Below are positions 53,321 to 64,000 of a stretch of DNA of 64,000 nt, piece after piece. Location of the stretch: NCBI GenBank assembly GCA_951406725.2, contig OX597830.1, positions 14,012,001 to 14,076,000 on the forward strand, in the 5' to 3' direction. How positions within the stretch are numbered: the stretch's first letter is position 1; the number at the start of each line of letters is the position of its first letter. Source of the DNA: Octopus vulgaris (taxonomy: Eukaryota). Position numbers and translations under genes: made by a program. The notes below the pieces were generated by a model that saw nothing but the letters and a program-made list of their open reading frames with translations, did no database searches and had not been told where the DNA came from.

Positions 53321-54379
53321 CTGGAGCGAAGTTAAATCCCAAAGAAATATACGTGAACGCGCGTACGAACAAACTGATACGCTGTGGAATTGATCCATTC
53401 TACAACGCATTCTTCCAAGTTCGATCTATAGCCGCAGCACAATAACAAATATATATGTGTGTCTGTCATTGTGTCTGTGTTTGCACCCCAACACCGCTTG
53501 GCAACCGCTGTTGATGTTCACATCCCCATAGCTACCGATAGAATAAGTACCCGGGTTAAAAGAAATGAGTATTGGGGTCGATTTCTTCAACTAAAATTGT
53601 TCAAGGTGGTGGCCCGACAACTTTTCCACGACAGTCTAGACTTCAATCAGTGCTTTTGATTAAAACAAGGGTAACGGAATTCGTGTTTGAGTGAAAGCTC
53701 AACGTATGAGTTGTAGCTTTGTGTGGAGGGCCGTCTTGTCACACTGAGTATTAGGCTAATTCTACTTGTGCATTAACTGTGCAAGTCTCCATAGATTATG
53801 CAACAATTTGCAATATAATAGAATGAATAGGAACTTGATCGAACAACTCGCTTCTATCCTCCGAATGTGTAAATGTTTTGATTTCTTATTTAGTCTAATA
53901 TAGTTTATATAGATTAAACTTAAGTTGTTTCATAAATTAGTTTGAACTATTTCTCAATGTTGAAGTCGGTGTATAATATAATTTCGCTTCATGTGGATAC
54001 ATACAACGGCGTGTACAGTCTCTCTGCAGCATCTTGGGGCACTGAGATTGTTCTGACGTCAATCCTTGTACAACGTCAAACGATCAATTAATCATTTAAT
54101 TTCTAGAAGCATGTTGTTTATTATATATACGAACTCCTGGTGTTAATCGTAATACAATAAGCGAAATATACCAACGTCAATTTTATTCCTATCCAGATCA
54201 GTACCTGCCGAATTAACACACATACACACCGTTATTTCCTTAGGCGCAACAACATACATTTCCGCATACGTGCAAAACACACTCACCCACCCATGCACAT
54301 CTACAAACTCACACCCTCCAAGCACACATACACACACACACACATATATATATATGTATAAATATATATATATATATAC

Positions 54380-54563
<184 letters not shown>

Positions 54564-55269
54564 CTAAAGAGTGAGAGAACGCGCATACACACACACGCAC
54601 AAATATACTCACACACTCACACACAGACACATACATGTATATTACTTATATCTACAGCACATTAAAAAGTTAATAGAGTATTCATATCATTTATATACAT
54701 AGCAAATTTTGAACACAAAAATATTTTGATTGCTTTCTAATTTTTTTTTCCTTTATAAATAAATACTTCTTAACATAGAAGCCATCAATCACCAGCAAAA
54801 AAGCTGTGCCATTACAGTTATCTTTATTTAATATTGAACAAATTTACATTGTATACATACATCAAATTTTTCTAAAAAATTATATACATGAACTAAAAAC
54901 TGACTTATTTACTAGTCCATTATCATGGCTTATTGTCACAAGTAAAATTAGTAGAAATACATAAAATGTTACTTATTTAACAGACAATTATTTTCATAAA
55001 ATAGATTGGAGATTAAAATATGTCTAAGGTTGATATTTATTTTTAAAGATTCAGTAGTTAGAGAAGAACAATTTACTTTGTCCTATACTTTCAAAACAAA
55101 AATCAGGAAATGGGCAATATTCTGTTTGTGTGTATCTGTATGCGTGTCTAAAGTTGTTAGTAAATTTCTATGAATGTTTTCCTATATATTCTTTCTCTTA
55201 TCCCTGGTGAAGAAATCTAAGTTACCCCCTTTTGTTTCATTCAGATGAATCGTTGAGTAATTTGTTGAT

Positions 55270-55586
55270 ATCACCGTGATCACCGTAACCGACCAGGCTA
55301 TCGGATGTTGCTACACATCGCTGGTCACAATGCGCTTCGCATTGTTTTAGCCTTCAAATGACGCCGCCACCCCGCTGGCTAAGCGAGCAGGCCAACAAAA
55401 GAAAGAGTGAGAGAAAGTTGTGGCGAAAGAGTACAGCAGGGATCTCCACCACCCCGTACCGGAGCCTCGTGGAACTTTAGGTGTTTTCGCTCAATAAACA
55501 TTCACAATGCCCGGTCTGGGAATCGAAACCGCGATCCTACGACTGCGAGTCCGCTGCCCTAACCGCTGGGCCATTGCGCCTCCACA
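55270..55586 (-). mobile_element. SINE family C variant with a different 3' half
   Basis: Head as at 50997; its 3' half recurs at ~59480-59600 (plus). Confidence 0.85.
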
Positions 55587-56941
55587 ATTGGCTGATATAT
55601 TATCTAAATGTAACATAAATGAAACTTATGTCAACTCTTATAAAATAGCTATCTCAGTGATACTGTCGTCACTAGTTCGGAATGTTCACTGAAATCTGTG
55701 TGTCGCCGATGAGGTTTAATAACAATGAAATAGGGGAAGAGTTGTCTCCCGTACTTGCTGAATATACTAAAATAGCAAACCATTGAGCTTATGTTATATT
55801 TTCTTATCCGATAATTTTGTCGGTATTAATTCATTAAAGACATATTTTAAAATCATTTTCAGTTATTAAAAATACGGTTAAAATGTAGTGACATAAATAA
55901 ATCCAATAATACCGAAACGCGCTGCTTAGGATGGGGTTCACAGCCCCTCGAATCCCTCGTGTTATTAATTGTAATTAATTACAAAGTAAAAATTTACTTC
56001 TTTTGATTTTTATTAAAAAGAGATTGTGTTTGTTTGCATCATCAGGGATGTAATATTAATGAAAAAAAATTTTGAGCAATATATATACGAAATATGCTAG
56101 GTTTCATTTTCATCATTAGATGTTTGATGCTATCGCCATTATCCATATTAACACTAAATTATCAACATTCGGTTTTCATGCAGATGGCGTATCTGAGTAA
56201 TTAAATCCAGTGATTTATTCATTTCTGTTTTCTGGTTTTTAGAATGGCCTGATGATCTCTGCGCATGCGCCAGTGTGCGTTTTATTGCCACTTATAGACC
56301 GAGAATATTATTTCATTGTTTTATTTAGTATTATTAAAAACCTTCATCATGTTCATAATAAACTCTTTAAATGTTTTTATTGCAGTGATTTTGCTGGTAG
56401 TTTATTTTTTCAAACTAACAAATAAAAAAAATTCAAATAACTTCTTGAATTACTGAATAATATAATGTCTTTTTTGTGAACTTTTTGTTCAGATCTCAGT
56501 AATTTTGCCAGTACATTTTACATAGAATATTTTCCTAGTTATATTACTCTTAAAGTATGGAATTAATCCTACATCAAACAGTTAATTATTTCTTTTATCA
56601 TATAATTTATAAACGATTAAAAAATTTTAAATGATATTTTAGCTAAAAAAAGATGGCGGACACTTCGTTATTCTCTTTTTCTAATTCGAAGTTTGTTGGA
56701 TATTCCTTTATAGAATGTGTGGAATCTATCATTAAGCATCATGACTAGAGCTTGTTTCTATCTGACAATATGCATAAATTAGTTTACGTTATTAAATATG
56801 TATTTCTTTTAAAGGTAAGCTATTTGTTGTCAAAATAATGTAAGTATAAATGTGCAATATGTGGACTGAAATTGAATCCGATCGAGAACCATATATTTAG
56901 TGAAAAAATATTAAAGAATTATATATATATGCCTATGCGTT

Positions 56942-56976
<35 letters not shown>

Positions 56977-57152
56977 CTATATATTTATGTATGTGTACAT
57001 ACATATACATACATATATATATATATATATAGATATGCATATATACATATACATACAGACATACATAAATACATACATAAAAAAATATATATAATATAAT
57101 ATATAATATAATATAATAGCATATATACATATACATACAGACATACATAAAT

Positions 57153-57203
<51 letters not shown>

Positions 57204-57420
57204 CGAGAGACAGGGAGAGAGAAATGCGTTTGTTTGTGCGTATTTGTTCTTGCAAGCATGAATGTGCACACATATGAATAAAGTATATGCATACAAAAAC
57301 CATAAACATGTATTTTGTATGTACATACACATGCACATAAACACGCACATATATATCTATATGTGTGCATGTATTTATATATATATATACACACATATAT
57401 ACGTATACATATGCTTACAT

Positions 57421-57462
<42 letters not shown>

Positions 57463-57642
57463 GCATTGTAGGATTAACGTATGAACAGGCAGACACCTGG
57501 CATAGGGTTAGATTACGACATTTATATTTTTAAACATGATGATTGAGTTGTAACATGTGTAGAGATCAGAAATAAGGAATTTAAAAGATTTGCAGATATA
57601 GCGTCGTGCTAAGAAACTTGTTTCGCAGCTACATGATTTTAG

Positions 57643-57769
57643 GTTCAGTGCTAATGTGCGGCACCTTAGGTAACTATCTTCTACTATAGCCTCAGGCCGA
57701 TCAAATCTTTGCGAGTGGATTTGGCAGACGGAAACTGAAAGAAGCCCGTTGCCTGTATGTATATATATA

Positions 57770-57842
<73 letters not shown>

Positions 57843-58418
57843 CTCTCTTTTTCTCTCTCTCGCTCTCTCGATATTTATATATATACATCCATGTATGCTC
57901 ATGTGTGTGTTTGCCACCCCCATATCACCACTTGACAGCCGGTGCTGGTGTGTTTGCGTCCCAGTAACTTAACAGTTCAATAAAAGCGAGCGATAGAATA
58001 AGTTTTAAGCCCTAAAAAATCCTAGGGTCGATTTGGTCGATTAAAACACTTCAGGACAGTGTTCCAGCATGGTCGTAGTCAAATGACTGAAACAGGTAAA
58101 AGAGTAAGGTACATTGTAATTATTAATATGATTAAGAAAAATTCGTCATTATTACAATAATTATAAAATAATTACAAATTTTGGAATGCGTTTAATGCGT
58201 ATTATCCACGTGGTTACATAACAATTTGTTATGCATCTACCAATGGTTTCGGTCATTTTACAAGCAAAATACATAGTTCCTACTAAAGTTCAGTGCTAAT
58301 GTGCGGCACCTTAGGTAACTATCTTCTACTATAGCCTCAGGCCGATCAAATCTTTGCGAGTGGATTTGGCAGACGGAAACTGAAAGAAGCCCGTTGCCTG
58401 TATGTATATATCCATCTA

Positions 58419-58479
<61 letters not shown>

Positions 58480-58958
58480 CTCTCTTTTTCTCTCTCTCGC
58501 TCTCTCGATATTTATATATATACATCCATGTATGCTCATGTGTGTGTTTGCCACCCCCATATCACCACTTGACAGCCGGTGCTGGTGTGTTTGCGTCCCA
58601 GTAACTTAACAGTTCAATAAAAGCGAGCGATAGAATAAGTTTTAAGCCCTAAAAATCCTAGGGTCGATTTGGTCGATTAAAACCCTTCAGGACAGTGTTC
58701 CAGCATGGTCGTAGTCAAATGGCTGAAACAGGTAAAAGAGTAAGGTACATTGTAATTATTAATATGTATGTATGTATGTATGTATGTATATATATATATA
58801 TATATATATAGATGTATATATGTATGTATGTATGTATATCGTTTTGGGATTTGCTTGCAAGATTCTTCATATGAATTCGTGTGTTGAAGCAATTTGTTAT
58901 GCATCTACCAATGGTTTCGGTCATTTTACAAGCAAAATACATAGTTCCTACTAAAGTT
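57643..58958 (+). repeat. Local tandem duplication (~645/670 bp) of an old SINE A plus its flank
   Basis: 57643-58287 vs 58288-58955 share diagnostic mutations. GTT microhomology at all three junctions. Confidence 0.9.
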
Positions 58959-59051
58959 TTTCGCAAGTAGTGCCAGTGCTTAACTGGTAGCTGCGAATCA
59001 GTGTGTTACGCAAACACAATAATTGTCAGTATCTGGTTATTGCTTTTTTGC

Positions 59052-59097
<46 letters not shown>

Positions 59098-59232
59098 CAT
59101 ACATACATACATACATACATACATACATACATACACACACACACATATATATATATATACACATACATACATACATACATACATACATACATACATACAT
59201 ACATACATACATACATACATACATACATACAT

Positions 59233-59267
<35 letters not shown>

Positions 59268-59324
59268 TGCACACATACACACACATATACTTTATTCAAA
59301 AGCAGCAGAAATGTAACAAAAGTG

Positions 59325-59360
59325 TGTTACTCGGAGTTTCACGTTCCCGTTCGTCGGACA
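59325..59360 (-). ncRNA. Compact type I hammerhead-like fold, U4C core variant, in a ~170-bp microsatellite-flanked element (~59290-59460)
   Basis: Minus strand TGT CCGACGA ACG GGAA CGT GAAA CTCCGAG TA ACA. Confidence 0.65.
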
Positions 59361-59653
59361 GTTTTAACTTTTGCTTTTAAATAGACCATATTACTCTGCC
59401 TCTGGCATTTGAGTACTCTTTTTTCCACCTTGTTTCACATTTATGAGCTTACTCCGGTATATATATACATACATACATACATTGGCCTGCTCGCTTAGCC
59501 AGCGGGGTGGCGTCATTCGAAGGCTAAAACAATGCGAACGCATTGTGACCAGCGATGTGTAAAACATCTGATGGTCTGGTCGGTCACGTGATCACGTGAT
59601 CACATGCATACATACACACACAAACACATACACACACACACAAAGACACACGC

Positions 59654-59690
<37 letters not shown>

Positions 59691-60349
59691 CATATATTGG
59701 CTTGCATCCTTATAGAAAAGGCACGAGGGCACATGCTTATACACTAACATTTCTATATCAATGTGGCAGTGGTAACAGCACATCTCTCTGGCAATTACAA
59801 CGGCGGTGCTGAGATTATTGTAAATTCTGTCATATTATCATCTATTTAGTATTAATCCTTGTTTTGTTATGTGTTTAGCTTCATAAGATCTGCTATAGCG
59901 TTGCATCATGTGGGTGTGTCCGCAGAACTTTTTTCTTATTTTTTTGAAACGCCGTCGTGTTTATTCTTAGCATGGCGGTAGAATTCTGATTCAGGTTCTT
60001 CTATATCGCTACATTTTAAACATAGTTCTACCATATTCTCGGCGAAAGTTTACGCTGTTTCCCCCTTTTAACATAAAGTAAAGTTCCCACAATTGCCACA
60101 CAGACGCGCACACACACACACACACGCAACCCTGTGCACGCACGCACGCATACACACACGTACACACGCATGCATATCCACACATATGTGAAAGAGAAAG
60201 ATAGATAGATAGAGAGAGAAACAGAGAGAGTGAGAGTGAAAGATGCATAAGTATATAACAAGACAGATATCAATATTTTTATATGTATATGTATCTCTCT
60301 CTCTCTGTGTCTCTCTCTCTGTCTCTCTCTCTGTCCCTCTCTCTGTCCC

Positions 60350-60456
<107 letters not shown>

Positions 60457-60821
60457 ACGTCTAAATATTCATACACAAACACATACAGGCACATTTATAT
60501 ATACACATACACATATTTACTGACATAAGTATGTATGTATATATATATATATATATATATATACATACACACAAATACACACATGCTTATATTCAAATAG
60601 CAATTTGTAACTGTATGCATACACGCGCATATACAACATATTTATGAATAACAGTATACATTTATGTGTGCAAATGTGCACATAGGTATGTATACAAATA
60701 TCTTCACTGATTTCCATCGTTCAATCTTTCAACCTCTTTCTTTCCTTCTTTTGATACACACGTACACATTCACATCAAGAAACATGCACATTGATGCTCA
60801 TATACACACACATACACGCAC

Positions 60822-60858
<37 letters not shown>

Positions 60859-62143
60859 TATTTGATATAAGATCGTCTAGATCGTGTGCGTGTTCGCCTA
60901 TATATTCCCGTATGTATATTTGAGAATGTTCGGTTCTCATGTCCACACGAATATATTTGTATTTTTTAGTAAATTTTAGAGGATGTCTTTGTATTTGTTT
61001 CATTCCTATAATTATTTTAATTACTATGTAATAATTCTGGATTCAGTAATATTTTGCTCAATTCGTTTATCTCATTATGAGCCGTTCTACTTTTTACTTT
61101 TCGTTTCTTTCTGCAACTTGTAATGAAATGATTACATAGTCAAAGATCTGTTCGCCGCTTCCCGCCACTCATCAGCTAACAACCTGCCATTGTACTTATA
61201 GTTTTAGCCTTCAGTGGAGCCGACAAGTCTCAGCCCTTTCAAATCTTGCTTTCCATCCACGCATGCCAGATTCATGTACCATACACGCAACATAGAAGAA
61301 ACCTGCGTGTCGGAGCTATATTTCCGTTTCTTTCTGAAAGCTAGACTTTTTATTGTTTCCTATGAAACGACTCTAGCTTCGCCAATATTTTTTTTTTATA
61401 ATTTGTTTTTATATATATATATATATATAATGTCTCATTTAGAAATTATGCCGAAATCACATGCGCCTTCGATAAAATGTCTTCATTACCATCTTACTGA
61501 ATTTTCAATGCTAGAGAAACTGAAAGTGATGCTATGAATAAATTAAAAAAACAAAAACCAACATAAATTGAATTCCCAATTACAAATCATTAAGACAGGG
61601 GAAAAAATCTAGCTTCCGTTAATGTAGGTTCAATTAGTAATGTTAGTGTTCAATCACTAATAATACTTTGCCGTAATATCACATGTTTCCGAATACATGA
61701 AATTTTGTACTTACACCTGGATACAGCTTAAGTACTTGTCCAAACTGCAACTGCATATATTTCCTGGATATACTTTCAAAACTGTTCTATTGAGACGCTT
61801 GTCTCCTTCGATCGTTTTATGTGATTTCTGTCACATGATTTTATTCCGTAGTCGTGACTTCTATAATGCAGCTTATAAAGGAAGGTCAATAGTTTGGTTC
61901 CTGATTTGATCAGATGTATTCTATAGAAAACATATTTTACTTGTACAAATTGTACGCTTGTTATTATTATTATTAGGCTTTGAAAGAAGTGGATTGTTAG
62001 AATCTTTAGAGCGTAAGATTTGCTGTATTAGTTCTAGTGGTTTGCGTTGTGAGTTCAAATTTCACTGAGACCCAAAATTTTTATACCATCCCTGGGTCGA
62101 TAAAATAAAGTACCAGTCAAGTACTAAAAAATTATAATCGACC

Positions 62144-62580
62144 AGGAGTGGCTGTGTGATAAGTAGCTTGTTTACCAACCACATTGTTCCGGGTTCAGTC
62201 CCTCTGTGTGGCACCTTGGGCAAGTGTCTTCTGCTATAGCCTTGGGCCGACCAAAGCCTTGTGAGTGGATTTGGTAGACGGAAACTGAAAGAAGCCTGTC
62301 GTATATATGTATATATATGTATGCATGTGTGTGTTTGTGTGTCTGTGTTTGTCCCCCTAGCATTGCTTGACAACCGATGCTGGTGTGTTTATGTCCCCGT
62401 TACTTAGCATTGCTTGACAACCGATGCTGGTGTGTTTATGTCCCCGTTACTTAGCGGTTCGGCAAAAGAGACCGATAGAATAAGTACTGGGCTTACAAAA
62501 GAATAAGTCCCGGGGTCGAGTTGCTCGATTAAAGGCGGTGCTCCAGCATGGCCGCAGTCAAATGACTGAAACAAGTACAA
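62144..62580 (+). mobile_element. SINE A with an internal ~47-bp tandem duplication; preceded by a SINE B fragment (~62030-62130)
   Basis: TAGCATTGCTTGACAACCGATGCTGGTGTGTTTATGTCCCCGTTACT occurs twice. Confidence 0.92.
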
Positions 62581-62757
62581 AAAAGACTGTTTCCTTCCGG
62601 TTTATTTTTGATGTTGCGCCTAATTTAGGAACGCGTGTTTAATACACAGCAAATGTATTGCTTTTCTAGAAACTTTACTGTTACTCCGTGTTATTTCGTT
62701 TCAGCACTGCGCAGATACGTGGTCGTGTGTAGTTATATTATTTAGACATTTTATATA

Positions 62758-64000
62758 CTAAATGAATGACCCGGAGCTGCCCATGTTACCTCTGTTCTTA
62801 TTCAGATTAATAAACAATAAATATAAAGATATATTCTGATAATTATTTCAAAATATCTATATTTTATTAAACAATATCTAAATTGTAAAGGAAATAGTAT
62901 TTCGAACTGAAAATTTGTCAACGTTGAAGCACCTCAGGGTAAACAATATTTATTGTGTAATTTTTAGTTGTCAAAATGAATAAATTGTTGCTGCTTCCAA
63001 CTCACGAGCAAGCAACATATTGTAGGCCGTGGAAGAAACATGTAGTAGAGAGATCAAGTTAATTGAAATACTAAACCTTAGTTTGACTGGAAACTGAAGC
63101 GTCTTAAATTCAAATGGAGAATCTGTAAGTATGAGAGGAATTTTTGGAATAAAGACATTTTCTCATTTGTAACTACCCATTGTGATCGTTGCCTGTAGGA
63201 CATATGGATTCATGGAAGTAACAATTAAGCGAGTTCCATTACACAGGTGAGATGGGTCCAGATTCCTAGGAAACAAAATGGGAGCACCCTGTGGTGGCAC
63301 CTCAGTGGATTTAAGTGTGTTCAGAAATTCAACAGGATATTGAACAAGCTTATCTTGATCGATTGTTGTCAATTGATCGAAAAGACATTTCTAATGTATG
63401 TGTTAACTTCTGAAGAAGATCATGGTTGAGTTTATCAACCATTTCATTAGTTGAAGCTAGTATAGCTGTTTCACATAGCAAGTTTACATTAGAGAAAATT
63501 AGGAAATACTTTATCCATCAGATCCCTAAGAGAAAGTAACATTTGACCGCATGTAATTTCATATACCTGAAGCATTGAGTTGAATGTCAATGTCCCATTA
63601 CCAATCTTATATGATCCCCTTGTTGAAGTACTCTGATATTGTTTGTAAGATGAAGTTTTTTCATGTCTCCAAAGGAACGATTTTTAGAAACGTGCATTGA
63701 CCTCATCAGTGTTTGGTCCTCTGATGATAACTGGCAACATATGAGGAAAATCTTCCCCAAGAAGAGCTGTTATTCCTCCTATTGTTTTTCATGTCTTGGA
63801 GGATACGGTCAAGTACCTCTGGTGCTCCACGATGTGACATAGTGCACTGATCCCAAACAATGTGGCAAGTTTGTTGGAGAACTGTTGCCATAGCAGAGTT
63901 TTTGGAAAAGTTGCACATTTGAGGTTTTTTTCGTGCAAGGTTTAGAGAGAGCTTGAACATGGAATGAGCAGTTCTTTCCCCAGTGAAGAGGGTAGCTGCA
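62758..64000 (-). mobile_element. Decayed autonomous Helitron: PIF1-like helicase remnant and 3' end (runs off the window)
   Basis: RTAHSMFKL...HIVWDQCTM...LDRILQD; YPVEFLN...RNLDPSHLCNGTRL; VFIPKI...QFPVKL; YVACSRV. Degenerate hairpin plus TTAG terminus at 62758-62785. Confidence 0.92.

Noticed and set aside
55703-56312. CCGATGAGGT...ACCGAAACGCG (55706-55921) and CTGATGATCT...AGACCGAGAATAT (~56249-56310)
   Set aside because: Suggestive pseudo-LTR relics, but the UH site, GAAA or stem I is broken; cannot be supported.

Overview
AT-rich, microsatellite-dense animal genomic DNA, most likely from an octopus. That assignment is inferred from the recalled look of the SINE families and has not been verified. 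I found no intact protein-coding gene; nearly all entries in the ORF track are simple-repeat artefacts. The window holds many copies of four tRNA-headed SINE families (called A-D here), decayed LINEs (RTE, a Jockey/CR1-like fragment, R4/Dong elements in (TAA)n), two internally deleted Tc1/mariner elements, two Helitron pieces and several Penelope-like element (PLE) relics. Two hidden layers stand out. (1) Type I hammerhead ribozyme folds sit in microsatellite-flanked, often fold-back PLE/retrozyme-like elements. These include a 545-bp unit repeated in tandem and inverted, and three non-canonical cores: G3/C8 swap, U4C and A6U. (2) Splice-site-bounded, stop-riddled exons on the + strand from about 15.2 to 45.7 kb read, in order, as a multi-Venus-flytrap class C GPCR pseudogene. 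All protein and RNA assignments come from by-eye translation and motif recall, not database searches.
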